A stretch of 39,933 nt of DNA from Polyangiales bacterium (GCA_045106895.1 JBGCFM010000218.1:1-39933); one strand, 5' to 3'; counted from the stretch's first letter, positions 1 through 9,670 are shown. Translations and numbers: made by a program. The notes: generated by a model not told the origin, from the letters alone.

Positions 1-461
1 AAGGCGGCGAGCCCGAGCTCGGCAGCGCCGTGGTGTGCGCAAACCCCAACACCGGCGAGACTGTCATCGGTCGCGTCATCGGTACGGGCCGTCTCGAAGT
101 AAGCACAGACCGAGAGCAGCTCACCGTCAACGGCCGAACTCCAGAGATGGACATTCATGAGTCGCTGCAGTTCTTCAACTCCGACACGAACCGTCAAGAG
201 CCCGTTCAGCGAGCCACCGTTAGCTTCGGCAACACAGATCACGACATCTTCATTCGCGAGAACCACACCTTTCGACTGAACCCGGTCCAGGTGCCCGCGA
301 ACATGCTCTACCTCCTGAGCGACAATCGCGGCGACGAAACTCACGACAGCCGCGCGTTCGGTCCTGTACAGGCCTCCTCGTGTCTCGGTACGCTCTTCAT
401 GCGCGGTCGCCCCGTCGACGTCGGCGCAAACCTGGGACACGGATGGCTCGACTTTCTCTAG
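1..461 (+). CDS. Signal peptidase I (S26)-like protein, 5'-truncated by window edge; catalytic Lys appears replaced by Gly
   Basis: Frame is open from position 3. GGEPELGSAVVC..TVIGRVIG resembles boxes C/D (PxRGDVVVF..IKRVIG), and LLSDNRGDETHDSRAFGPV resembles box E (GDNRxxSxDSRxFGxV). Confidence 0.75.
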   Translation, partial: GGEPELGSAVVCANPNTGETVIGRVIGTGRLEVSTDREQLTVNGRTPEMDIHESLQFFNSDTNRQEPVQRATVSFGNTDHDIFIRENHTFRLNPVQVPANMLYLLSDNRGDETHDSRAFGPVQASSCLGTLFMRGRPVDVGANLGHGWLDFL

Positions 462-997
462 CACTGGCGCTCGTCGCATTTCTTCCGCTTTCGCTGCAGG
501 GCCAAGACGTACCTGCGGCAGGCGAGAGCCCTACGGCCGACACCGCTGACTCCGCCGCGCCAGGACCCCGCTACCTCGCTGCGGTGCGCGCCGAGCTCGA
601 ACGCCTCGATGTAGATGCCAGCTGCGAGGTCCTCGACGCGCTACGCGCGCGATGTTCATGGCGCGTGCAGAACAGCGAGCGGACCCGAGAGCTGACGCTG
701 CGCGGCCTCATCGACGAGAGCACCCAGACGCTCTACCTCTACGCGCCCATCGCGAACGCACACCCCGATGATGCAGAGACAAGCTCGGTTCTTCGGCGCC
801 TCGCGGAGCTCAATTGGCGCTACCTGGCCAGCAAAGCCGAATGGAACAGCGCCACCGGCGAAGTGCGTATCTCCGCGCTCCAGCACCTCGACACCAACTT
901 TGATCGGCGCGCGTTTCGAGTGCTGGTCCGACTCCTCGCGCGTCAAAGCCTCGCCGCCGCCGCCGAGCTCAGCACATTGATGCCTGAGGCCGACTGA
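443..997 (+). CDS. Exported YbjN-like (T3SS-chaperone fold) protein
   Basis: ATG at 443 gives a signal peptide (MARLSLALALVAFLPLSLQG). VLRRLAELNWRYLASKAEWNSATGEVRIS resembles the YbjN core. Overlaps the upstream gene by 19 bp. Confidence 0.65.
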   Translation: MARLSLALALVAFLPLSLQGQDVPAAGESPTADTADSAAPGPRYLAAVRAELERLDVDASCEVLDALRARCSWRVQNSERTRELTLRGLIDESTQTLYLYAPIANAHPDDAETSSVLRRLAELNWRYLASKAEWNSATGEVRISALQHLDTNFDRRAFRVLVRLLARQSLAAAAELSTLMPEAD

Positions 998-1041
998 CAC
1001 GCTGATCTGAATACCGCCCGCGGGAGCATCGTCATGCCTTC

Positions 1042-2466
1042 ATGCGACAAGCGACGGCTCTGACTTTCCTTGGGGCGTTGCTTCTCGGTGCCACGACATC
1101 GGCGAGGGCCCAGGAGCGCGTTGACTATCACACCGATCGAATAGGAGCCGCGAACGCGTACTCGACGGCAGAGCGGCTGAGCGACGGGGACATGGTGGTC
1201 TCCTTCCGCTACCGCGGCTCCTACGCTGTTCGGGATACGGTTCTACCCAACGCTGCGGGCTTCGGCGTGGCGCTCGTGCGACTCTCTCCGTCCGGAGCGG
1301 TGCGTTGGGCGAAAGATCTACGTGCCGAACGTACGCGAATCGAGTCCGTATCTTCTATTCATGCGCTTCCCGGCGGCGCCTTTGCGCTCAACGCACAAGA
1401 AACCGGTAGCGTCCTCGGTCACCTCACCCACGCTGCGCTCATTCGCGTCGAGGCCGACGGTACGCTCGGGTTCACGTTCCGAGACCCTGCGCCGACCACC
1501 CGCCATTCGATGTTTCAGGTGGTCCCGCTGGATTCCGGCGACCTCGTTGTCGCGGGGCGCTTCGAAGACGGAGCGTACGCCCCAACCCCCGAGGCGCGTT
1601 TTCACCACGAACATGTGTTCCCCGACGACGCTGCTCATTTCCTGGTGCGCGTAGACGGTCGCACTGGACAGGTGCGATGGACGAGTCTTGTGCCGGACCG
1701 CTTGGACCTCCAAGGTGTCGCGGCCCAAGGAGAGAGGATCCTCGTCGCTGCAAAACACCCAAACCAAGGTTCGCCGGTCAGTCGACCCATCGAACTTCTC
1801 GTGTTCGATGCGGGCCAAGGACAGCTCGTCGCCCAGGGCATCTACCGGCGCCGACATCGCACCTGGATTTACGGACTCACCGCCCACCGAGACGGCTTTG
1901 CCCTGCTCATGGCGGAGTGCGACCGTCAGTCCGATGGGCTTTGCCGCTTTCCCACAGAAGCTGTTCTCCTCGGTTCGACGCTTCAGCCGGAAGGCGTTCA
2001 CGCGATGGGTGTTCGCGCTCGTTTCTTGCCAGGCCCTTCGAGCGACGTCCTCCGCGTGGTCGAACTCCCTGACAATCACGAGCCGCTGATGCGCTCGTTT
2101 CGAATGCACACCCTGCGCGCAGGGAACGCAATCACCACCGTCCACACGCCTAGCGAACCGTTCTTCCCACGTTCCCTTCATGGTGCGTCCTACAGGGATG
2201 AGTTCATCCTCGGGATGGTCGCCGGTGACCTTCGAGGGATGACCCTTCGTTCTCAGCGCGCTCCGCAAGCGCTGGCCTTTGGCCCCGTCCGCACAACGCC
2301 CCCTCCCGCGGAACCGGCTATGAGCGAAGCGGATTTCGACCATGTCTACGGTGCCGTGTTTGGAGCCGACTCGGCGCGGCGGCGGCAGGAACAACGGGAC
2401 ACGCTGCGCAGGGACGGAGTCCCGGATGAAATACTCCGTCAGATGCGTCTGCTCCCACGTCGCTGA
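1042..2466 (+). CDS. Secreted hypothetical protein, probable beta-propeller
   Basis: 474-aa ORF with signal peptide ending ARA|QE and repeated blade-like motifs (LVRLSPSGAVRW, LIRVEADGTLGF, LVRVDGRTGQVRW). Confidence 0.65.
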   Translation: MRQATALTFLGALLLGATTSARAQERVDYHTDRIGAANAYSTAERLSDGDMVVSFRYRGSYAVRDTVLPNAAGFGVALVRLSPSGAVRWAKDLRAERTRIESVSSIHALPGGAFALNAQETGSVLGHLTHAALIRVEADGTLGFTFRDPAPTTRHSMFQVVPLDSGDLVVAGRFEDGAYAPTPEARFHHEHVFPDDAAHFLVRVDGRTGQVRWTSLVPDRLDLQGVAAQGERILVAAKHPNQGSPVSRPIELLVFDAGQGQLVAQGIYRRRHRTWIYGLTAHRDGFALLMAECDRQSDGLCRFPTEAVLLGSTLQPEGVHAMGVRARFLPGPSSDVLRVVELPDNHEPLMRSFRMHTLRAGNAITTVHTPSEPFFPRSLHGASYRDEFILGMVAGDLRGMTLRSQRAPQALAFGPVRTTPPPAEPAMSEADFDHVYGAVFGADSARRRQEQRDTLRRDGVPDEILRQMRLLPRR

Positions 2467-2480
2467 GCGTCACTCGCGGC

Positions 2481-3335
2481 TCATCGCGAGCGGGCGCGAC
2501 GAGCGGCATGGTGTCGCAGCGGAACCCGAACCTGACCCGCTCCGTTTGCCGGCGCGCCCAGGAGCGAAGTGCGCAGGCACTCCACGCCTTCGCGGTCACC
2601 AAGGGACGAAAGCTCCGTCGCAACCTCCGCGATACGTCCGCCGGCTACTCGCAGGCGCAAGGTCACCACCGCTCTTCGTGACGCGCCGCGAGACACGGCG
2701 CTGCTAAAGCACGCGCTCAACGCCTCGCGCTTGCTCTGAAGAGTTCGCGCCACAAGCGCGTCGCCCTCCTGGACTTCCAGCTCACCGAAACTCAGCCCGG
2801 GTTCAGGTACGTCGTCGTCTCGCCACGCGCGGAGCCGCTCCGTGTCCTCCCGCGCGAGCACTTGGCCACGACCGTTGAGCAACTCCACGAAGGCGACGTC
2901 GATGCGCACGGTGGTCACCGCGGCGGCGGGGCGAACGAGGCACGCTTGGCCACCATCGAAGGCGAGAAAGAAGCCGACGCGAATCTTCCGTCCATAGCGA
3001 CGAAGTTCGCCGGCTCGGTCCCGCGTAGCCGGAAAAGCGATGGACTCCAGCCCCGACGGGAAGAGCTCCGCGGCGCCCTCAAGGATGCGAAAGTTGTGGC
3101 GTGTGTCCACGGCAAGAACACCGCTTCGAGCGTCGTGCGCTTGAAAGCGAAAGTTCTCGAGCTGCGTTGTATAAAGGACGGCGCGATCGCGGCGTGGAGC
3201 GCTGTGACAAGCGTCGTGGAGCGTCTCGAGGGTTTCAACCTCCACCTCGGCGCGCGCGAGGGTCGGCATCGACAGCACGGAAAGAGCCAAAAAGCCCAAC
3301 GAACATGCAAAAGCTGACGTATGGAACGTTGCCAT
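2481..3335 (-). CDS. Exported protein with C-terminal AgmX/PglI (TonB-C-like) domain
   Basis: ATG at 3335 gives a signal peptide ending ARA|EV. The C-terminus ALSACFSSAVSR..VVTLRLRV.GGRI..SSLGDREGVECL fits the myxobacterial AgmX/PglI C-terminal pattern. Confidence 0.6.
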   Translation of the reverse strand: MATFHTSAFACSLGFLALSVLSMPTLARAEVEVETLETLHDACHSAPRRDRAVLYTTQLENFRFQAHDARSGVLAVDTRHNFRILEGAAELFPSGLESIAFPATRDRAGELRRYGRKIRVGFFLAFDGGQACLVRPAAAVTTVRIDVAFVELLNGRGQVLAREDTERLRAWRDDDVPEPGLSFGELEVQEGDALVARTLQSKREALSACFSSAVSRGASRRAVVTLRLRVAGGRIAEVATELSSLGDREGVECLRTSLLGAPANGAGQVRVPLRHHAARRARSR

Positions 3336-3487
3336 GACCCCAGAATGACGGGTTTTCCCCCCCGGGGGCAAGACAGTGGTCTGAGAGCTTTCACAGAGCC
3401 CAGACCATACGAACGTCAAAAGGCCCCCAGCGCCATTGCCGCCGGCGCGTGAACGCGGTACTTCGGCGCCGTAGAAGGAGAGGCATT

Positions 3488-4228
3488 TTGCGAATCGCCG
3501 TCATTCAGTTTCCGGGCTCGAACGCTGACTGGGACGCCCTTCATGTGGCCCGTGATGTACTCGGCGCGGACGCACGCTACGTGTTCCACAAAGAGAATGA
3601 GCTCGGCCCAGCGGATGCCGTGGTCATCCCCGGTGGCTTCTCCTACGGCGACTACCTGCGCCCCGGCGCTATCGCGCGCTTCTCGCCCATCACCGAAGCC
3701 CTCGTCGCCTTCGCAAAGTCTGGTGGACCGATCCTCGGTATCTGCAACGGCTTTCAGATTCTCACGGAGCTACAGCTTCTCCCGGGCGCGCTCACCCGAA
3801 ACTCACACTTGCGCTTCGAATGCCGCGACATTCATTTGCGGCGCGAAGGCGATGGCGCTTTCAGCGGGTCCATCGATTCCGGCGCCGCCTTGCGCATGCC
3901 CATCGCCCACGCCGACGGCCGTTATCAGTGCGACCCCGACACACTGAAGCTGCTTGAAGACGAAGGTCGCGTCGCGTTTCGCTACTGCGATGCCCACGGC
4001 CACGTCCCCACCGACGCCGATGCCCGGGGCGCCGATGGCCTGCGCATCAACCCCAACGGTAGCTTAGGCGCCATCGCCGGTGTGTACGACGCTGGCGGCC
4101 GCATCCTCGGCATGATGCCCCACCCCGAACGCGCCAGCGAAGCCGTCCTCGGCGGACGCGCGAAGAACGCAGCGGGACTCTCGATTTTTCTCTCACTCAA
4201 AGCGCACCTCGAGGGAGACGGCCAATGA
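3488..4228 (+). CDS. purQ: Phosphoribosylformylglycinamidine synthase subunit PurQ (glutaminase)
   Basis: [30 protein letters not shown] (catalytic Cys), NPNGS and GMMPHPER motifs. TTG start at 3488 follows an AAGGAG SD. Confidence 0.97.
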   Translation: MRIAVIQFPGSNADWDALHVARDVLGADARYVFHKENELGPADAVVIPGGFSYGDYLRPGAIARFSPITEALVAFAKSGGPILGICNGFQILTELQLLPGALTRNSHLRFECRDIHLRREGDGAFSGSIDSGAALRMPIAHADGRYQCDPDTLKLLEDEGRVAFRYCDAHGHVPTDADARGADGLRINPNGSLGAIAGVYDAGGRILGMMPHPERASEAVLGGRAKNAAGLSIFLSLKAHLEGDGQ

Positions 4229-6534
4229 GCAACGACGAAACGAACGCGACCGTGCACGCAATGCCGGGTGACCCAGAAGTCGGCCCTTCCCTCGCTGCGG
4301 AATTTGGCCTCGCGCCCAGCGAATACGACGAAGCGCTGAGCACCATCGCGCGCACGCCTACGTACGCAGAGCTCGGCGTCATTTCCGTCATGTGGAGCGA
4401 ACACTGCTCCTACAAGTCGTCTCGCGTCCACCTCGCCCGCCTCCCCACTGAAGGACCGCGCGTTGTCCAAGGTCCCGGCGAGAACGCCGGCGCCGTCGAC
4501 ATCGGCGACGGTTTTTGCGCCGTCTTCAAGATGGAAAGCCACAACCACCCAAGCTTCATCTCGCCGCACCAAGGTGCCGCGACGGGTGTCGGCGGGATCC
4601 TTCGCGATGTCTTCACGATGGGTGCGCGTCCCATCGCAAACCTCAACAGCCTGCGCTTCGGGCGCCCGGACCACCCACGCACGCCAGAGCTTCTTCGTGG
4701 CGTCGTCGCCGGCATCGGCGACTACGGAAACTGCATCGGCGTGCCCACCGTCGGCGGCGAGGTTCAGTTCGACGAGAGCTACGACGGCAACATCCTCGTC
4801 AACGCCTTCGCCCTCGGCATCGCGAAGAGCGACTCACTCTTCTACGGCCGCGCCGAAGGCATCGGGAACGACGTAATCTATGTCGGCGCGCGCACCGGCC
4901 GCGACGGAATCCACGGCGCCACCATGGCCAGCACCACCTTCGACGATGACGCCGAACAAAAGCTGCCCACGGTCCAGGTCGGCGACCCCTTCATGGAGAA
5001 GCTGCTTCTGGAGTGCTGTCTTGAGATCTTCGCCACCGGGTGCCTCGCTGGCGTCCAAGACATGGGCGCAGCGGGTCTCACGAGTTCGTCCGTCGAGATG
5101 GCGAGCCGCGCCGGGACAGGACTTGAACTCGACCTCGACGCCATCCCGCGCCGCACTGAGAAGCTCACGCCCTACGAGATGCTTCTCAGTGAGTCCCAGG
5201 AGCGCATGATCATGGTCGCCAAGCCCGGCCGCGCCCAAGAGGTCCTCGACCTCTGTGAAAAATGGGACCTCGAGGTCGCCATCGTCGGCAAGGTGACCGA
5301 TACGCAGCGCTTCGTTTGCAAGGCCACGCCAGGCTACGACCCCCTCGACGACGATAGCGTTGAGCTGGCGCCCATCACCGTCGTCGACCTTCCCATCGAC
5401 CTGCTCACGGACGCTGCCCCGAAGTACGACCGGCCTCAGCGGGCACCCCTCGCCTCCGACGCTGCCCCCATCGTCAGCCCCGACGTCGACCTCGGCCATG
5501 AGCTTCTGCGTCTCGTCGCTCACCCCAACATCGGGAGCCGCGCTTGGATCTGGCGTCAATACGACCACGTCGTCCGGGATGGCACACTGGTCCGTCCCGG
5601 CGAAGGCGACGCCGCAGTTATCCGCGCGTTCTGTGAACGTGATGGGAAGACCATCGAGAAGTATCTCGCGCTCAGCGCGGACTGCAACGGTCGCCACGTT
5701 CAGCTCGATCCTTTTCACGGCGCAGCCATGGCCGTCGCCGAGTGCGCGCGGAACATTCGCTGCGTTGGCGGCGTCCCCCTCGCGCTCACGGACTGCCTCA
5801 ACTTCGGCAACCCGGAGGTTCCGGAGAACATGTGGCGCTTCGCCCAAGCCATCGATGGTATCGCCGCGGCCTGCAACGCCCTCGGCGTGCCTGTCGTCTC
5901 CGGCAACGTCAGCCTCTACAACGAGACCGGCGACAAGGCGATTCTGCCCACCCCGACGGTAGCCATCGTCGGCCAACTCGAGTCCCTCGAACACCTCACA
6001 ACCGTGGCCTTCGACGCCGAAGGCGACGTCATCCTCCACCTCGGCAAGCCCAGCGCAGGCAACCTCGCCGGCTCCGAGCATCAGACCTCGACCTCGGGTC
6101 ATCTCAGCGGCACGCTCACGCCTCTCGATCTCGAAGCGGAGAAACGGCTCCAGGAGTGCCTTGGCGTGCTCAGCCAAACCGGCCTCCTGCGCAGCGCCCA
6201 CGACGTGTCGGACGGTGGCCTCGCAGTCGCCCTCGCCGAGAGCTGCATTGCCGGCGGTGTCGGTGCCGTCACCACCCTCCCCGCATCCCTCGACGCGTCC
6301 ACCAGCGCTCGTGCTTTCGCCGAAGAACCCTCCCGCGTCGTCGTGAGCGTCGCGCCCGAGCATGCCGCAGAGATCGAGCGCATCGCCCGGGAAAACAAAC
6401 TCCCCTGTGAGCGCCTCGGCGTTGTCGGCGGAGACACGCTTCAAATCGAAGGCGCTTCCGTGAGCGTTGCAGCTCTCAAAGAAGCTCACCGCAACGCCCT
6501 GACGCCCATCGTCGGCGACCCCGGCGCAGCGTAA
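4225..6534 (+). CDS. purL: Phosphoribosylformylglycinamidine synthase subunit PurL (small type)
   Basis: [44 protein letters not shown] and SGNVSLYN motifs. ATGA overlap with purQ. Confidence 0.98.
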   Translation: MSNDETNATVHAMPGDPEVGPSLAAEFGLAPSEYDEALSTIARTPTYAELGVISVMWSEHCSYKSSRVHLARLPTEGPRVVQGPGENAGAVDIGDGFCAVFKMESHNHPSFISPHQGAATGVGGILRDVFTMGARPIANLNSLRFGRPDHPRTPELLRGVVAGIGDYGNCIGVPTVGGEVQFDESYDGNILVNAFALGIAKSDSLFYGRAEGIGNDVIYVGARTGRDGIHGATMASTTFDDDAEQKLPTVQVGDPFMEKLLLECCLEIFATGCLAGVQDMGAAGLTSSSVEMASRAGTGLELDLDAIPRRTEKLTPYEMLLSESQERMIMVAKPGRAQEVLDLCEKWDLEVAIVGKVTDTQRFVCKATPGYDPLDDDSVELAPITVVDLPIDLLTDAAPKYDRPQRAPLASDAAPIVSPDVDLGHELLRLVAHPNIGSRAWIWRQYDHVVRDGTLVRPGEGDAAVIRAFCERDGKTIEKYLALSADCNGRHVQLDPFHGAAMAVAECARNIRCVGGVPLALTDCLNFGNPEVPENMWRFAQAIDGIAAACNALGVPVVSGNVSLYNETGDKAILPTPTVAIVGQLESLEHLTTVAFDAEGDVILHLGKPSAGNLAGSEHQTSTSGHLSGTLTPLDLEAEKRLQECLGVLSQTGLLRSAHDVSDGGLAVALAESCIAGGVGAVTTLPASLDASTSARAFAEEPSRVVVSVAPEHAAEIERIARENKLPCERLGVVGGDTLQIEGASVSVAALKEAHRNALTPIVGDPGAA

Positions 6535-6536
6535 GC

Positions 6537-7064
6537 ATGGGTTCGCTCTGCACCTTGAGCTCGCTGCTCATTCTTGGCTGCGGAGGAGCGACGCTCGCTC
6601 CGGCTCCGCAGAACGATGCCCCCGTCAGCTACCAGCCCTGCACCCTCGAGGCCGGCACCCTTGAGGTCCCCGTCGGCGAGCACTTTGCTCTCGCCGCGAG
6701 CGAAGGCGCGTGCTTGCTCATCGACGAGTCCAGGGAAGGCACGTTCGTCAGCGTTGTAGGTCTGATGAACGACGAGGAGGGGTTCGAGCTACTCCGTGAT
6801 GACTTACGCGGCTTCTTGCGTGCGTCGGGAATCGTCGGCACGCCGCGTTTCACTGGGCGGGACGAAGCCACACTCCTTGCCCAAACGACGGAAACACACT
6901 CCCTCGTGACCACACCGCCGGGTCTCCCAGAACGCGCAGGCTTCGCTCTCACGGCGGAGCTTCCAGGCGCACTCGTCCTCTTCATCGGCCTCGGCGACAG
7001 CCCCTCTGAGGCGGCTAAGCTTCGTCGAGTACTCGACACCGTTCGGCTTCGAGCACCGGAATAA
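6537..7064 (+). CDS. Putative lipoprotein
   Basis: 175-aa ORF 2 bp after purL, with lipobox-like LILG|C. Confidence 0.6.
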   Translation: MGSLCTLSSLLILGCGGATLAPAPQNDAPVSYQPCTLEAGTLEVPVGEHFALAASEGACLLIDESREGTFVSVVGLMNDEEGFELLRDDLRGFLRASGIVGTPRFTGRDEATLLAQTTETHSLVTTPPGLPERAGFALTAELPGALVLFIGLGDSPSEAAKLRRVLDTVRLRAPE

Positions 7065-7090
7065 CTCAAAACCGTTGGGGTTGAAGAGCC

Positions 7091-7477
7091 ATGCCCGCTC
7101 GCCTCATCAGCCTCTTGCTCACCTGGGCCAGGGTCAGCCCTCGAGACCTGAGCAACCCGGCCTACGACTCTGCTCTCGAAGGGATCATCGCGGATCGACA
7201 AAGCGGCGGGCCGGAGTGCACGGGCGGAAGCTTAGCGCGCACGTGTGGGATGGCGCCGGAGCAGGAGTTTGGTTTCGAGTTTGATGGGCCACGTGATGAC
7301 GAAGTCGGCCCACGAGTTCTTCCCGAGCGGTCCATCGATGGCGCCCTTGAAGCCAAGGGCGAAGTCCTCTGGTCCCGACACGAGCCGGCGAGCTGGAGCG
7401 AAGAAGAACGCGCGACCTACGAGTCGAGCATCAATGACCTTTCACGCCTTTGCGCAGAGCTGCGAACCGAAGACTAG
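7091..7477 (+). CDS. Hypothetical protein
   Basis: 128-aa ORF filling the gap between co-oriented genes; no recognisable motif. Confidence 0.35.
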   Translation: MPARLISLLLTWARVSPRDLSNPAYDSALEGIIADRQSGGPECTGGSLARTCGMAPEQEFGFEFDGPRDDEVGPRVLPERSIDGALEAKGEVLWSRHEPASWSEEERATYESSINDLSRLCAELRTED

Positions 7478-7577
7478 CGAGCGTCGCGCCCAGCGTTTGT
7501 TGCAGGCGCGGGCCCATCGGATTCATCTCCACTTTTGCCGCGAGGTGCACGATGATGCGAGAACGAAAGGCCTCGCG

Positions 7578-7826
7578 ATGAAACACTTGATTCTCACCCT
7601 CGCTCTTTTTTCTCTCTTCGGCTGCGGGAAGAGCGCTTGCGAAGAACTAGCCGACATCTCCGTCGAGTGCGGACAACCTGCGTCCTCCGAAGCAGAGATC
7701 GCGTTATGCGATGCGTTGGCCGGTGACAACGGTCTAGACGCATGTATCTCCTGCCTTGATACCGCAGCGGATCCATGTACGGCCACCAACGACGGGGCAG
7801 AGTGCGACGCCGCCTGCACCCTCTAG
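7578..7826 (+). CDS. Small Cys-rich lipoprotein (82 aa)
   Basis: MKHLILTLALFSLFG|C lipobox, with 8 further Cys in an acidic mature domain. Confidence 0.75.
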   Translation: MKHLILTLALFSLFGCGKSACEELADISVECGQPASSEAEIALCDALAGDNGLDACISCLDTAADPCTATNDGAECDAACTL

Positions 7827-7840
7827 CGCACTGAAACGAG

Positions 7841-7881
7841 GGAGCCTCCGCCCGCCGCGGCGCACTTGATGCGGAGGCTCC
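7841..7881 (+). terminator. Hairpin downstream of small lipoprotein gene
   Basis: Perfect 11-bp inverted repeat GGAGCCTCCGC/GCGGAGGCTCC with a 19-nt loop; weak U-tract. Confidence 0.45.
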
Positions 7882-7923
7882 GCGTCGTCTTTGCGGGACT
7901 GCCGAAGCGGGAGACAGCTGCGT

Positions 7924-7953
7924 TTGACCGCATTGCCAAAAACATCATATCGT
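7924..7953 (+). promoter_or_regulatory. sigma70-type promoter for the 7959 gene (probably leaderless)
   Basis: TTGACC-N18-TATCGT ends 5 nt before ATG 7959; no SD. Confidence 0.45.
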
Positions 7954-7958
7954 AAGAT

Positions 7959-8669
7959 ATGACACGATGCATTTTGTGGGTGTTCTCCGTCCTGCTGTTG
8001 GGGTGCTTCAACTCGAACAACGCAGACGACACGGCCCTCGATGGCGGACCGAACTTCGACGCGAGCTTCGACACGAGCGAGTCTCCGTCGGGAAACCGCG
8101 CGGAGACCGTAGGAAGCGGCGACGCACGGCTCGACGGCGTGATTCGCGCTCCCGTCCGTCCCGAAGGCTACGAGGAGATCTTCATGATCGTTCAATGGCG
8201 ACGCGACGGTCCCTTTGAGTTCGATTGGAATGGCACGAACATTCCACTGGTGATCGCGCTCGGAACGGAACGCCAGGACTACCAATTCAGCATTGCCACA
8301 GACCAAGTTGGCGACCTCTCCATCAAGGTGAGGTTTTGCCGAGACCGCAACTGTCAGGACCTAACGGACCCGGTGTCCGAGATGTGGTTTCCCATCGAGA
8401 GCCCGTTCTATCGGGGCGAAGTGACCGAGTGGACCTTCGACGAGATCTGGCGCATCCCGGAGTGTTTGGACGATGAGTGCTCAGAGTTCACCGCCCCCCA
8501 AAACCCTGCCCACGGTCGCATCGTGGGCGGCTGCCAGACCATGCAAAACGAGTACCCCACATGGACCTGCGCCGTTGCCCGATGTGACATCCGGTGCGCA
8601 GCTGTTGTTGGTGTCGCCGCCGGCGGCTACTGCGAGTTTGGGCAAACGGGCCCACACTTTTGCGAGTAA
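7959..8669 (+). CDS. Cys-rich lipoprotein
   Basis: Lipobox LLLG|C, acidic linker and Cys-rich C-terminus. Confidence 0.75.
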   Translation: MTRCILWVFSVLLLGCFNSNNADDTALDGGPNFDASFDTSESPSGNRAETVGSGDARLDGVIRAPVRPEGYEEIFMIVQWRRDGPFEFDWNGTNIPLVIALGTERQDYQFSIATDQVGDLSIKVRFCRDRNCQDLTDPVSEMWFPIESPFYRGEVTEWTFDEIWRIPECLDDECSEFTAPQNPAHGRIVGGCQTMQNEYPTWTCAVARCDIRCAAVVGVAAGGYCEFGQTGPHFCE

Positions 8670-8712
8670 CGAAGAGCGAGCGAATTACGAGTTGAGCGCG
8701 CCTGCATTCGTC

Positions 8713-9165
8713 TCAGCCCTTCAGCACTTGGATAAGCGCTTCCACGTCCGCTACCTGTCGCACGCCGTAGCGCTCGCAGACGATGTCCACGTTGCCCTTA
8801 CGCCAATAGCCCTCGGGGCAAGCGACGACGAGCTTCCCTGAGGCCGCGAAGAGACCCAGCTCCAGGAGCGTGATCGGCGCCTTCGTGTCTGGCGCAAAGT
8901 AGACGATGATCTGATCCGCCTGCTCAAGCATGTTGAGCTCCCATTCGACTTGTTCGCGAAACAGCGAGTCCCCCTTGTCTTGTTTCCAACTCGCGTCCCA
9001 GTCAGCTCGTCGTGGGTTGGCGAGAGTTCCGGCGCGCTCCTTCAACGCCGACGCCACCTGCGCCTGCCAGTTCGGAGCGATGCCTTGCTCGATGCTACCG
9101 GCAAGGAACACCCAGGGCCTCGGAGCGTCCACGGGAATTGGCGTTGGTGGGGTGTATTCGACCAC
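8713..9165 (-). CDS. Nucleoside 2-deoxyribosyltransferase-like domain protein (Nuc_deoxyri_tr2 type)
   Basis: VFLAGSI, NWQ, NPRR..W, QVEWE, APITLLELG and CPEGYWRKGNV motifs are typical of this family. Confidence 0.85.
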   Translation of the reverse strand: MVEYTPPTPIPVDAPRPWVFLAGSIEQGIAPNWQAQVASALKERAGTLANPRRADWDASWKQDKGDSLFREQVEWELNMLEQADQIIVYFAPDTKAPITLLELGLFAASGKLVVACPEGYWRKGNVDIVCERYGVRQVADVEALIQVLKG

Positions 9166-9297
9166 ACACTTAGCGTGTTCGTTCCGTGATAGCGGAATGA
9201 GAGAGCGGCGAGAACACAGCGAAGCACAGCCGATGGGCGTCGTGAACGCGAGTGCACATGTGCTTCCCTACATCGCCTCCGCTTATGGGAAAACGAA

Positions 9298-9313
9298 TGG
9301 CCCACGTGTTGCA
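9298..9313 (+). promoter_or_regulatory. sigma54 (-24/-12) promoter
   Basis: TGGCCC-ACGTG-TTGCA matches TGGCAC-N5-TTGCW with 1 mismatch and lies 11 nt before ATG 9325. Confidence 0.65.
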
Positions 9314-9324
9314 TTGCCAAAGAT

Positions 9325-9654
9325 ATGAAAAATGCGTTTCTCTCTCTTTGTGTCCTTCTCTGTGCTGCGTGCGCGCCGAACGTTCATGCCGTCATCCCGA
9401 CGCCGCTGGAACAAGGCCCGTCGTTGCGTGTTGATGCATCGCCCACGTGCGAAGGAGCCGTGGCTCGTGCTGGGCACCTCCCTACGCCCTTCTGCACCGC
9501 TGAGGTCGACTACTTTTGCGCGGACGCGCTTCTGAAGGCCGGACACAGTCCTGCACTGCTTCCGCAGTGCCAAAACGTGAACGGCATCTGTGCAGCGTCG
9601 CAGATTAACGCACGGCAACCTCTCACGGAAATCGCTATTCGCTGCCGTATGTAG
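9325..9654 (+). CDS. Small Cys-rich lipoprotein
   Basis: MKNAFLSLCVLLCAA|C lipobox-like N-terminus, with 6 further Cys. Confidence 0.65.
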   Translation: MKNAFLSLCVLLCAACAPNVHAVIPTPLEQGPSLRVDASPTCEGAVARAGHLPTPFCTAEVDYFCADALLKAGHSPALLPQCQNVNGICAASQINARQPLTEIAIRCRM

Positions 9655-9670
9655 GCGCAACCCGACCTCA

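Noticed and set aside
3376..3408. Hairpin upstream of purQ as a purine/ZTP/PRPP riboswitch
   Set aside because: No conserved riboswitch motifs recognised, and a putative promoter (TTGCCG-N17-TACTTC, 3436-3464) lies downstream of it.
3449..3487. ORF-track N-terminal extensions (purQ 3449, smc 13426, 14092, 17125, 380, 7245, 3419)
   Set aside because: Family N-termini, signal peptides and SD/-10 positions support later starts (3488, 13339, 14386, 16846, 443, 7578, 3335).
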